From: an uncultured virus (IMG/VR IMGVR_UViG_3300042564_004671)
Taxonomy: Duplodnaviria > Heunggongvirae > Uroviricota > Caudoviricetes
Reading direction: 5' to 3' (one strand)
DNA length: 64,000 nt
Virus record (IMG/VR): IMGVR_UViG_3300042564_004671
Part shown: positions 1 through 9,528 of the stretch, piece by piece
Numbering within the stretch: position 1 is the first letter of the stretch
Layout: every line of letters starts with the position of its first letter
The notes under the pieces: model-generated
Told to the model about the DNA's origin: nothing
What the model saw: only the letters and a program-made list of their open reading frames with translations
Databases searched by the model: none
Made by a program: the position numbers and the translations under genes

Positions 1-1
1 T

Positions 2-211
2 ATGAAAACAGAAAAAGCAATCTCTACTGAACCAGTTAAGAGAACAAGAACTACAAGAGCTAAAGTAGTATCTCCTATTCAAACAGAAATGACTAAATTA
101 GAAACTGCTTTTATGGCAGCAATGACTGGTCAAATGAAATTCAAAGAAGTTAAATCTATCTTCCTTGAAATTCATAAAGAAATCAAAAAATCTGCAAAGT
201 CAAAAAATTAA
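2..211 (+). CDS. small basic hypothetical protein (5' context at window edge)
   Basis: 69-aa Lys/Thr-rich ORF, 9 nt upstream of the methylase. Confidence 0.6.
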   Translation: MKTEKAISTEPVKRTRTTRAKVVSPIQTEMTKLETAFMAAMTGQMKFKEVKSIFLEIHKEIKKSAKSKN

Positions 212-220
212 TAATTTTAG

Positions 221-943
221 ATGCTGATACCTTATCTAGGAGAAAAATCTAAATTTGCTAATTTTATAGTACCGAACATTCCTAAAGATATTTCTACTTA
301 TGTAGAACCATTTGGTGGGATGTTTGGTATTTTTTTTGCATTAGACTTTACTAAGTTTAATGATGTTAAATTTATCTACAATGATAAAAACAATCTAAAC
401 TATCTACTTTTTAAAAATCTTCAAAACGATAAATTCATTGAGTTAGTTAGATACACTGAAGTCAATAAAGAATATTATAGAAGTTGTCTTAAAAATCTAA
501 TCATAGAAAAAGATGAAATTTTACTTTCCTTATATTGGTTAGTAATTTTAACTTGCTCTTCACCTTATGAAATAGGCAAAGACTCTTGGAGAAACAATAG
601 TGAATTTGAAATATTCAAAATGAAATACAGAGCCTATAGTCATCATCTGAATAAAATTGATGAAATACATAACTATGATTATCAAAAATTAATTGATATG
701 TATGATTCTGAATCGACATTCTTTTATGTAGACCCACCTTATATGGGTAAAGAAGAGTATTATATTAATCATGATTTTAATAAAGATACTCATAAAGAAC
801 TATCTGAAGTTCTTAATAATATTAAAGGAAAATTCTTGTTAAGTTATTATTACTTTGATGGAATAGAAGACCTTTATCCTAATTGTAGATTTGATTCTAA
901 AATTACAATAATGGGAACAGAGTTAATAATTATGAATTATTAA
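221..943 (+). CDS. dam: Dam-family DNA adenine methyltransferase
   Basis: PYLGEK start, YVEPFGG (motif I), YNDKN, FYVDPPY (motif IV), GKFLLSY. Confidence 0.85.
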   Translation: MLIPYLGEKSKFANFIVPNIPKDISTYVEPFGGMFGIFFALDFTKFNDVKFIYNDKNNLNYLLFKNLQNDKFIELVRYTEVNKEYYRSCLKNLIIEKDEILLSLYWLVILTCSSPYEIGKDSWRNNSEFEIFKMKYRAYSHHLNKIDEIHNYDYQKLIDMYDSESTFFYVDPPYMGKEEYYINHDFNKDTHKELSEVLNNIKGKFLLSYYYFDGIEDLYPNCRFDSKITIMGTELIIMNY

Positions 944-946
944 ATT

Positions 947-1858
947 CTAAAGGATAGTTATAAAATTATGAACTATACTTTTAATATCTTCGGTGATCTC
1001 GTATTTTTTACCATCATACTCTATTACAACATTTTTAATATTATCTTTATTAAAACCTAGGTCTATTATATCTTTATCTGAAATAATATAGTCTATTTTA
1101 ATAGAGTCAGTAATTATTGATAAATTAATAGGCGATGTAATATTGTAGAAATATATCTCTACATTTTTATCAGATTTTGATATGAAATATTTCACACCTT
1201 CTATATTAGAATAATTATGAATGTCCATATTTTTATAATAATATATTTCATCATCCACATAACTATTTTCTAGAGTATAGTTGAATTTATTGGATTTTAA
1301 TAGGTTAAATAACCAATCTTCAGTTATACCATGTATTTTTAGATATTCATCTAAAGTTAGATTTGGAAGAAATTTTATTAAGTGCTCTCTATCAAATACC
1401 ATAAGATGTAAACTAACTTGATGTTCATGAAAATGATAGAAGTTAGATTTCTTATCATTTGATGATAAAGCATTTATAACAACATCATCTATTTTTAGGT
1501 CATAAATAATATGATAGAAAATATCATAATTATATGTTAAAGCATATTCTGATAGTTTTTTAACTTGATATATATTAGCCCAACCATAATCAGGAAGTCC
1601 TCTACTTATTTTAATTGATTTAGTTGGTGTTTTATGTAAAACCCAAGAGTAAAGTATCTTTTTACCAAAATTTAATACCGGATTTTCTTTTGTCTGAATA
1701 TAATAATCACATAAGCCAGTAACTTCAGTTGGTAAAATAATAGGGCTATTAAGCATAACATCTAGCCCTAATTTTTTTAATATTCCAATATTTTTAACTA
1801 GAACATCTATTTTCTCTTGTGTGTTACAATAAGAACTTATAAGTACAATTTTTTTCAT
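947..1858 (-). CDS. hypothetical protein, possibly glycosyltransferase-like
   Basis: 303-aa ORF; N-terminal beta-strand KKIVLISSY and IIYD resemble GT-A-like phage proteins, weak. Confidence 0.35.
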   Translation of the reverse strand: MKKIVLISSYCNTQEKIDVLVKNIGILKKLGLDVMLNSPIILPTEVTGLCDYYIQTKENPVLNFGKKILYSWVLHKTPTKSIKISRGLPDYGWANIYQVKKLSEYALTYNYDIFYHIIYDLKIDDVVINALSSNDKKSNFYHFHEHQVSLHLMVFDREHLIKFLPNLTLDEYLKIHGITEDWLFNLLKSNKFNYTLENSYVDDEIYYYKNMDIHNYSNIEGVKYFISKSDKNVEIYFYNITSPINLSIITDSIKIDYIISDKDIIDLGFNKDNIKNVVIEYDGKKYEITEDIKSIVHNFITIL

Positions 1859-1867
1859 TAATTAGTT

Positions 1868-2314
1868 TTATATCCTATAAATTCCCGGTTCATCAGATTC
1901 ATCTAAGAATCTTCCAACTTTTATCATAACTGGATATGATGGTAAATAATGAGTTGAATACTTCCCGTGTTGGTCACGAAAGTCCCAATCAATCTTCTCC
2001 AACTCACCAACTGAGTAAACACATCTAATAGAATTAGGAATTCCTTGTCTTTCAGCTAACTCACAAAATTGATTATACATATCAGTGGCAATTTCTTCAA
2101 CTGATTCTGGTGTAGTTGTACAACCAGGATGAACATCAATATCCATTGGTATTACAATACTATCTGAATACTTAGTATTGATATTATTAGCAATATCTTC
2201 AGCATTTTTTTGAAATGATTTAGGAGTTGCGGATAAGATATGACAATATTTTATCCAATCACCTGGTGTTCCATCTTTAGGACAAACTTTTATGTAAATA
2301 ACTCCGTATTCCAT
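1868..2314 (-). CDS. hypothetical protein, possible degenerate class III nucleotidyl-cyclase-like fold
   Basis: IRCVYSVGE...MIKVGRFLDESDEPGIY spacing resembles cyclase RIGIxxG...NxAARL...PGxI; catalytic Asp residues not evident. Confidence 0.3.
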   Translation of the reverse strand: MEYGVIYIKVCPKDGTPGDWIKYCHILSATPKSFQKNAEDIANNINTKYSDSIVIPMDIDVHPGCTTTPESVEEIATDMYNQFCELAERQGIPNSIRCVYSVGELEKIDWDFRDQHGKYSTHYLPSYPVMIKVGRFLDESDEPGIYRI

Positions 2315-2871
2315 TAGTAGTTAGTTTTTACCCAATCAACCAATTTAAGTAAGTTCTCAGTATTGTGAGGATATTTATTTAAAATAGATTCTAAGAATTT
2401 TAATCTACCTTCTTTATATAACTCACCATAAGCTTTAAATTCTTCATGTATTCCGTTCTCCCACTCTAATAGTTGATCGAAATCTCTTTCAACAATACTC
2501 ATATCATAGTGATTAAATGACTCAGAAAGGTTTGTTGTAGCTTGGTGAGTCTTCGTATCTAAAATCATCTGTCTTACTTCTAAGACATCTTTATTTGACT
2601 TATCTGAACAACATTCCATAAAGAAATCTGCTGATTTTTCTTCGTTATCACTTTTCATCGGATCATAAACACAATCGTGAAAAAGAGCAGTTAACATTAA
2701 CTTCTCATATTCTTTATCTGAGTATTTTGATTTACTTTCATTGATTTGGTCAATCACATCATTTAAGTGATTTAATGTATGGTAAGATCTATGAGATTCA
2801 TTCCACATTGAAAGTAATGTATTAACATCACATTTAATATTCCATTTGTTAAGTAATTCTTGTAAGTTCAT
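2314..2871 (-). CDS. HD-superfamily metal-dependent phosphohydrolase
   Basis: HRSYHTLNHL, ALFHDCVYDP, NEEKSA, ILDTKTH, D-MSI motifs; start set at MNLQE (2871). Confidence 0.85.
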   Translation of the reverse strand: MNLQELLNKWNIKCDVNTLLSMWNESHRSYHTLNHLNDVIDQINESKSKYSDKEYEKLMLTALFHDCVYDPMKSDNEEKSADFFMECCSDKSNKDVLEVRQMILDTKTHQATTNLSESFNHYDMSIVERDFDQLLEWENGIHEEFKAYGELYKEGRLKFLESILNKYPHNTENLLKLVDWVKTNY

Positions 2872-2875
2872 ATTT

Positions 2876-3238
2876 TTATTTATTTTTATAAAATTCAACT
2901 CCAAATTTATTTGAAATTTGTTCAGCTTTTTCTAAATTTTTTTCTTCAACAAAAAACACCCATTTGAATCCAGGATATTTATCATTTATTTCAAAGATAT
3001 TATGATTATTTATAATATTACCAGTATTATCTACAAATTTAGGTGGAGTGGAGAATCCTTGATTCCACATAAGATTGTCCATTTCTTTTCTAATATTCTC
3101 TTTTGTTCTAACACTAGTTTTAATAAAGTCCATAATAACAGAAGGATATACGATTTTTTCAATACCCCTACTATTAGTAAACGTAATAGGACTTATCAAA
3201 AAACCATCTAAATTTTCATTAAATCTTTTAATTTTCAT
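2876..3238 (-). CDS. hypothetical protein with capsid-targeting-like leader
   Basis: MKIKRFNE start; TAATATATA at 3243-3251 (-). Confidence 0.6.
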   Translation of the reverse strand: MKIKRFNENLDGFLISPITFTNSRGIEKIVYPSVIMDFIKTSVRTKENIRKEMDNLMWNQGFSTPPKFVDNTGNIINNHNIFEINDKYPGFKWVFFVEEKNLEKAEQISNKFGVEFYKNK

Positions 3239-3241
3239 AAA

Positions 3242-3430
3242 CTATATATTAAATATAGATTTGATTCTTTCTTTTCTTATTCTAACTCTTTCATATTTAG
3301 AGTGAAGACTATGCCATTCCATTAAAGAAGCATTAATACTTGACTTACCAGTTTGTCTAGACTTCAACATAATCATATTTTTACCACTAAGTAATTGGCC
3401 AAAGACATCAAGAGTTTCTTTATTATCCAT
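3242..3430 (-). CDS. small protein: terminase Walker-A-like fragment + RxxKI tag
   Basis: MLKSRQTGKSS, then RKERIKSIF; start set at MDNKE, overlapping the upstream stop. Confidence 0.65.
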   Translation of the reverse strand: MDNKETLDVFGQLLSGKNMIMLKSRQTGKSSINASLMEWHSLHSKYERVRIRKERIKSIFNI

Positions 3431-3605
3431 AAATTCTTTTAATTTTTTCTTTTCGTCTTTCAATTTTATCTCTATACTTACGAGAATTAGACATTATTGT
3501 ATAAATTTCTTTACTAAATTTTTCTAAAATATTATTTTGATATTTAGATTTACTCTGATTTATCATACCAATATGATCCAATACAATAATATCTCTTTTA
3601 ATCAT
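3423..3605 (-). CDS. small protein: DnaB/gp4 helicase Walker-B-like fragment + RxxKI tag
   Basis: DIIVLDHIGMI...KFSKEI, then RKEKIKRIY. Confidence 0.55.
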   Translation of the reverse strand: MIKRDIIVLDHIGMINQSKSKYQNNILEKFSKEIYTIMSNSRKYRDKIERRKEKIKRIYG

Positions 3606-3837
3606 TTAATAGTTGGTCAATCTTATTATTTCTTTTTTCCGCTTTTTCTTTAGCCAAACGGATAGCCTTTCGTTCTTCAGATTCTTCTGTTAAATTTGTT
3701 GAGTTATAATAAACTCCAAGTTGGTCTATTAAGTCCTCATAGTTACTATATTTAGATTCAGATTTATCTAAACCATAAACCATATAATCACCATATTTAG
3801 TACCACCAAATATGTCTTTGTAATATTCTTCTTTCAT
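3598..3837 (-). CDS. small protein with RxxKI tag
   Basis: ends RNNKIDQLLND. Confidence 0.6.
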   Translation of the reverse strand: MKEEYYKDIFGGTKYGDYMVYGLDKSESKYSNYEDLIDQLGVYYNSTNLTEESEERKAIRLAKEKAEKRNNKIDQLLND

Positions 3838-4172
3838 TCTAATATATTTTTAATTTTCCAATCTCTTACATTTTCATAAAAATCAATAAAACTATTCATT
3901 CTATGATTCTGAATATTTTTGAATGATTCTATTTTATTAATAATATCATCAATCAATTCTTTTTCTTCAATTAATTGAGAACCATCTGAACCAGGATATC
4001 CTAACCAGATTTTAGGCTCCTTGTTCTTCCTACCATCTAAACAAATTTCAATTTCATCACTATTTAAATGATGGTCTGATAAGTATTTAGACCATTGTGG
4101 TCCACCTAAATTACATCTTAGAGAGATAGTTCCCCCGTCTCTATATGAGTCAAAACTTTTTATATTAAGCAT
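3834..4172 (-). CDS. small protein with RxxKI tag
   Basis: ends RDWKIKNILE. Confidence 0.6.
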   Translation of the reverse strand: MLNIKSFDSYRDGGTISLRCNLGGPQWSKYLSDHHLNSDEIEICLDGRKNKEPKIWLGYPGSDGSQLIEEKELIDDIINKIESFKNIQNHRMNSFIDFYENVRDWKIKNILE

Positions 4173-4173
4173 T

Positions 4174-4908
4174 TTAAATGTTTTTTAAATCATTTTTGAT
4201 TTTTTCCATACCGGTTGATGCCAATTCTTGGTAATGAGTAAATAAGTGTGTTCTATATTCTGGTATATAAAAATCAACATCTGATAAATCTACATAATAA
4301 ATAGAAGCACTTTCTTTGGTTAAGAATGGAATTGTGTTAGCAGGTGATACTTTCATTGAAGTTCCAACAACAATACAAACATCACATTCTTTAGCAGCAG
4401 TCGTAGCCATATCAACAAAATTTGGATCTAGATTTTCACCAAACCAAACAATATGAGGTCTTAATTGAGAACCAGTTGTTGGACATTTATCACCAATTTT
4501 AATTGGATTATATCCTATATCAATAACGGCATCTAATGGTGATGTTTTATGATCATACATACAACCTCTAGCCTTTGTTAACTCACCATGTAAGTGAATT
4601 ACATTAGTTGAACCAGATCTTTCGTGTAAATCATCGACATTTTGAGTCACAACGGTAACATCATAGTCTTTTTCTAATTCAGCAATTATTTTATGTGCCA
4701 AATTTGGTTCAACTTCATTCATTTGAGCACGTCTCATATTGTAGAAATTAAGAACTTTTTCTCTATCTCTACGCCACCCATCAGGGGTAGCAACATCTTC
4801 TATTCTGTGATTATACCAAAGCCCATCGTCTCCAGTTCTGAATGTAGCAACACCACTTTCAGCTGAAACTCCCGCTCCAGTAAAAATCAATACTTTTTTC
4901 TTTTCCAT
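4174..4908 (-). CDS. cobB: Sir2-family NAD-dependent deacylase
   Basis: TGAGVSAESGVATFR, PNLAH, TQNVDDLHERSG, HLHGEL, LRPHIVWFGE, VGTS. Confidence 0.95.
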   Translation of the reverse strand: MEKKKVLIFTGAGVSAESGVATFRTGDDGLWYNHRIEDVATPDGWRRDREKVLNFYNMRRAQMNEVEPNLAHKIIAELEKDYDVTVVTQNVDDLHERSGSTNVIHLHGELTKARGCMYDHKTSPLDAVIDIGYNPIKIGDKCPTTGSQLRPHIVWFGENLDPNFVDMATTAAKECDVCIVVGTSMKVSPANTIPFLTKESASIYYVDLSDVDFYIPEYRTHLFTHYQELASTGMEKIKNDLKNI

Positions 4909-4917
4909 AATATTTTA

Positions 4918-4948
4918 CAAATTTAATTAATTAAAGTTTAATATCAAA
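4918..4948 (-). promoter_or_regulatory. Bacteroidota housekeeping-sigma-type promoter
   Basis: TAAATTTG at 4918-4925 (-), TTTG about 19 nt upstream, 9 nt before the Sir2 start. Confidence 0.6.
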
Positions 4949-4963
4949 GAAACTCTTAATAAA

Positions 4964-4972
4964 TAATATATA
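4964..4972 (+). promoter_or_regulatory. putative late promoter TAATATATA
   Basis: 22 nt upstream of the 1496-aa gene; same 9-mer precedes more than 20 starts. Confidence 0.6.
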
Positions 4973-4994
4973 CATAAAAGAATTACAGAGTTTA

Positions 4995-7900
4995 ATGGCA
5001 AATTTTTCAGACTATCCACTTAGGCCAAAAATACCTAATCTAGGAACATCCTCAATACCAGCTGTGGTAGCAACTACATCGATGAAATCACCGTTGGATA
5101 ATTCTTTTATTAAAAATATGAGTTCTATCATATCCAAAAAACCTTTATTAATTTCAAAGGCAGATTTAATAGGTCTTGGGAAAAATAAAAAGTTAGTTGG
5201 ATATAATCCTTTACAAGACTTAGTATCAGATGCTGGTAAATCATTTAGTCCTAGAATTATAAACTGGGTTGAACCATATGAAATAAATGGTATTGATAAA
5301 AGTTTATTTTACACTGAAGTCAATTCAGGACTTAAAGTTGGAGATAGAGTATTTATATTAAATGGAAATTATGATAGTGATAGTTTAATTATATCCAATA
5401 AATATAAAAAAGGCAGAGACGGGTATAAAGTTCTTTTTGTTGATAATTGTCAAATAGTCTTAGATATAGATTATACTGGAGTTTTACCATATTTAGAAGA
5501 ATCAATAGATAAATTTATAAAAGTTTATTACATAAAAAATGTACAAGATTTTTTACATGCTAATAGACATGCAACTACTGGATCTGCTGAATTTGATTAT
5601 AAATTTAACTACTACCAAAATAACATAGCATTTATTGACCAAGATTATACAACAACAACAAGTTGGGGTAGAAATGGTGGTATTATAGGTTCACCTGGAT
5701 TCTTTGTAAAATCTGGTATAACACAAAGTTGGACAAATATTAGTAATGATTTAATTAATAGTGGATCATATTCATATGCACTTTCACCTATTTATTCAAA
5801 TAATGATAGAATAAAAATAATGGAAAGTGACTTTACCTATAATGGTAAAACATTTCAAGAAGGATTTGTATATAAATGGAATGTAGGACCTACTCAATCA
5901 GAGTGGATAGTTGATGTTAAATACTCTAAACCACTTATAACAAAGGGTAATTTTAGAGATGGTAATTTTAATGGATTTTGGAATACTGGTTTATTTGGTA
6001 GTCAAAATAAACAAATAAAGTGGGAGGGCAAAACTTCAACTTGGAAATCAGGAACTTTATTAAATACAAATTGGATAAAAGGAACATATGAGGCTTTATA
6101 TACATTACCAGAGAGTTATTACTCTGGGTTAAATGATGATGGATTTCCATATCAGAAACTAAATACACCTAATAATTCAGGTAGGAGTTTTAATTTTATA
6201 ATAGACTCTATTATAGAACAATCAACAATTAATAATGGTACAATTATTAATTCAATAATAGGAACTTCATCAGCAACTTATTCAGTTGTTGAAAACTATT
6301 TGATGAATTATACAACACCTTATCCAAATCTTATTAAGAAAGCTTATTTTGAAGATTGTAATTTTAATAATGCTTACATTTCTAATTCTGAATTAAAAAA
6401 TATTAAAACAAATAACTCAAAGTTTGAAAATGTAAAATCAGTAAACTCTTATTTTAGAAACTCTGTTTTTATCAACTCAAATTATAATAGTGATAACATT
6501 ATAAAAATATTAGGATATGATGAGTTAAATGCAACTGAATATCCAAGTATAGGTTCAACATTTAGTATTGGTGGATCATATGCTTCATTAAATGATGTAT
6601 CTCAAAAAGTTTATAAATTTTATATAAACGAAAGTGGTTATAATAGATTAAAAACTGGAGATAAACTATACATAAAAGGTATAAAGTTAAATAATAGTAG
6701 TAAAGAAATACTAAATCTATTTGATAAGAAATTAAGATTAGGGTCTTGGACAGAATATATTGATGATTATAACATCTATACAAATAAATTCTTTAAAAGA
6801 GGTATTGATGTCTCTGCATTTTTATCTTCTCCTTTAGAGAATTCATATTTATTCGAAAGTGTTAGAAAACCAATCGATCCATTGAACACAACTTCACCTG
6901 ATACTTATCACACTTCAGTTTATTCTGCTAACCCAAATAGTAATCTTTATTCAATAGATATTTGGATGAGTATTTATGATATAAATGATGAAGTTTTATT
7001 ACCTTCTAGTCCAGGTTTAAATGGTATGACATCACCAACACCAAATAGACCATTTTTGAAAGAATATTTAAATATAAATACTAGTTGGGAATATCCAACT
7101 AAATATGATTATATTTCAGCAACTGGATCAGGCCCAGTAAAATTAGGAAACATAGTAGATGTGACAAACGCATATATCGTTGATGCTGATTTTGAAAGTG
7201 GTATTTTTGAAAACTCAAATTGGAATAGTGGATATCATATAAATTCTCAAACTGACTTAAATATAACAGATTCGTCAGCAACTTCATCATTAAATGATGG
7301 AGTTTATAACTTATCATTTACTTCAAGTAATAGTTTATTAGCAACTTCTTTATATAATCAATTTCATCAAGAAACTGAATATCCTTTATTTGTAGGAGAG
7401 GTTGTATTTTTAGATGGTGTTGATTTTAATGATGGTACAACCATTACAAGATTACCAGATGCTTACAAAGTAGTTTCAAATAATTTATTAGGAGTTTATA
7501 AATTAGAAGAGTTAGTAACAGGTACAGTTAGTATCATATCATCATTAACTCAATCAACAGGAACTTTCTCTACAACTAATGCGGGTAATAGATATGGTTA
7601 TATTAAATCACTTAAATTCAATAAATCAAAAATAAAATCTGGTATCTTTAGAAGACCTTATATCACAAACTCTATAATTGAGAACGATTCTTATGATTCT
7701 TTGGATAAAGATTTTAGTGATATACCAAAACTTAGAAACTTAGTAGTAACAGACTCTTTATTTACAAATAAGTCAAATAGATTATCATCAGCTACTTATC
7801 TTTATTCATCGTTTTTATCTGGTAGTGATAGTTGGAATAATGGTATAATACAAAACTCTATATGGGTTAATGGTACTTTCTCAAGTGGTGTTATAAAAGA

Positions 7901-9485
7901 ATCATCTTGGTTAGATGGTGTATTCACTGGTGGTCAGTTTTATGGATCAAGAAGTTTCAACGATAACGCAACATCAGATTATCAATATTATGATACTAAT
8001 AGAATTAGAACTTATTATAAAAATGGTTATACTTATGGTAGTCCATATACAGTAGTTGTTGGAACTACTTCAAATGATAGATATTCTTGGAGAGGTGGAG
8101 TTTTCTTAAATGGATTATTCTCTAAGAGTGATTGGGAAAGTGGTACTTTCTCAGGTGGTCAGTTTTTCAACTCAAAATGGTATGATGGTATTTTTGAAAA
8201 TGGAACTTTAGGAAGTAATCAATTATCAACAAGTGATACAATTTTCTACAATGGAACTTTTAGTTATGTAACAGTTGAAAATGCTTTAATTTACGCGAGT
8301 GATACAAGTCATTCAGGAATGTCAAGTTCCACAATTGTTTGGAAAAATGGAGTATTTAATAATGGTATATTCTCTACGGATTATCAACAATCAGCATTAA
8401 ATAGTACATCAAATACAGCAACTTGGGAAAATGGACTATTTAATGGTGGTCAATTTGTATCAATGGCTAAGTGGAAAAGTGGAACATTTAATAATGGTAA
8501 ATTTACATCAGCATATGGATGGTCACAAAGCAGTTCAACACTTCAATCAGATTATAGTTGGGAAAGTGGTAAATTTAACGGAGGTGAATTTGGAAATGCA
8601 AACGGATTAAGTAACTCAACTTGGTATACAGGAGAGTTTAATAATGGAGTATTCAAAGGTAGAGTTTGGAACGATGGTATATTTTTATATGGTGAATTCC
8701 AAGGTAGTGGAGATAGTCCGGTAAGTGGATTAACTTGTGGAAACGCATCTGATTTTGTTAACGCATATACATACTCATATTGGGGACATTGGAGAAATGG
8801 TATATTCACAGATGTAAAAGATAAATTTATAACAGATATAAAACTTTACACAAAGATTAAAAAGTCAATGGATGTTGAAACTAGAGGAGCAAGAGCTAAG
8901 TTTAAAAATGCTTTATGGGAATCCGGAACATTTAGTCATCCAAGTGGAGAAATGTTTAGTTCGGTTTGGTTAGATGGTTCTTTTGAAAGTGGTAAATTCA
9001 AATCAAGTTCATTCAATCCATATGTAAAAAGAGGAGGTTCTTTACAACCATCATTTAACTTAAATGATGATACTTGTTATTGGGAAAATGGTCAATTAGA
9101 AGATAGTGATTTTTATATTTCTAGATGGAAAAATGGAACATTCACTATAGGTACAGCAACGGGTATGATATGGGAAAATGGTGTTAATAATTATATGAAC
9201 GCATTTAATGTATTCTGGGAAGCAGGAACTTGGAAAAATGGAAACTGGTATGGATCTTCTTTTCAATTTGATGGAGAAGTTGATGATGATTATACAATGC
9301 AAATACTAATGAGAGGAATGTATTGGAGTGGAACATCTTCATGTCATGTTTGGAATATATTCTTGGATAATGAATATGAACCATCAGTTATGAGTTTTAC
9401 AGCAAGTACTCCAGTTTTATCACCTCGAAATCTTGGACCACAAGATCAGTCCCCTCTTCCTATAGATACTAACCCAGTAGAGTAG
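4995..9485 (+). CDS. large putative virion structural protein with (W/F)xxGx pentapeptide repeats
   Basis: 1496 aa, S/T/N/G-rich; long runs such as WESGTFSGGQF, WENGLFNGGQF, WKNGNWYG. Confidence 0.6.
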   Translation: MANFSDYPLRPKIPNLGTSSIPAVVATTSMKSPLDNSFIKNMSSIISKKPLLISKADLIGLGKNKKLVGYNPLQDLVSDAGKSFSPRIINWVEPYEINGIDKSLFYTEVNSGLKVGDRVFILNGNYDSDSLIISNKYKKGRDGYKVLFVDNCQIVLDIDYTGVLPYLEESIDKFIKVYYIKNVQDFLHANRHATTGSAEFDYKFNYYQNNIAFIDQDYTTTTSWGRNGGIIGSPGFFVKSGITQSWTNISNDLINSGSYSYALSPIYSNNDRIKIMESDFTYNGKTFQEGFVYKWNVGPTQSEWIVDVKYSKPLITKGNFRDGNFNGFWNTGLFGSQNKQIKWEGKTSTWKSGTLLNTNWIKGTYEALYTLPESYYSGLNDDGFPYQKLNTPNNSGRSFNFIIDSIIEQSTINNGTIINSIIGTSSATYSVVENYLMNYTTPYPNLIKKAYFEDCNFNNAYISNSELKNIKTNNSKFENVKSVNSYFRNSVFINSNYNSDNIIKILGYDELNATEYPSIGSTFSIGGSYASLNDVSQKVYKFYINESGYNRLKTGDKLYIKGIKLNNSSKEILNLFDKKLRLGSWTEYIDDYNIYTNKFFKRGIDVSAFLSSPLENSYLFESVRKPIDPLNTTSPDTYHTSVYSANPNSNLYSIDIWMSIYDINDEVLLPSSPGLNGMTSPTPNRPFLKEYLNINTSWEYPTKYDYISATGSGPVKLGNIVDVTNAYIVDADFESGIFENSNWNSGYHINSQTDLNITDSSATSSLNDGVYNLSFTSSNSLLATSLYNQFHQETEYPLFVGEVVFLDGVDFNDGTTITRLPDAYKVVSNNLLGVYKLEELVTGTVSIISSLTQSTGTFSTTNAGNRYGYIKSLKFNKSKIKSGIFRRPYITNSIIENDSYDSLDKDFSDIPKLRNLVVTDSLFTNKSNRLSSATYLYSSFLSGSDSWNNGIIQNSIWVNGTFSSGVIKESSWLDGVFTGGQFYGSRSFNDNATSDYQYYDTNRIRTYYKNGYTYGSPYTVVVGTTSNDRYSWRGGVFLNGLFSKSDWESGTFSGGQFFNSKWYDGIFENGTLGSNQLSTSDTIFYNGTFSYVTVENALIYASDTSHSGMSSSTIVWKNGVFNNGIFSTDYQQSALNSTSNTATWENGLFNGGQFVSMAKWKSGTFNNGKFTSAYGWSQSSSTLQSDYSWESGKFNGGEFGNANGLSNSTWYTGEFNNGVFKGRVWNDGIFLYGEFQGSGDSPVSGLTCGNASDFVNAYTYSYWGHWRNGIFTDVKDKFITDIKLYTKIKKSMDVETRGARAKFKNALWESGTFSHPSGEMFSSVWLDGSFESGKFKSSSFNPYVKRGGSLQPSFNLNDDTCYWENGQLEDSDFYISRWKNGTFTIGTATGMIWENGVNNYMNAFNVFWEAGTWKNGNWYGSSFQFDGEVDDDYTMQILMRGMYWSGTSSCHVWNIFLDNEYEPSVMSFTASTPVLSPRNLGPQDQSPLPIDTNPVE

Positions 9486-9528
9486 TAAATTTTTATTACA
9501 ATGAAAGTAAAATAATATATATAATAAT

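Noticed and set aside
4174..4908. Sir2 as a Thoeris/DSR-type defence NADase
   Set aside because: The motifs are those of a canonical CobB-class deacylase, and there is no partner defence gene.
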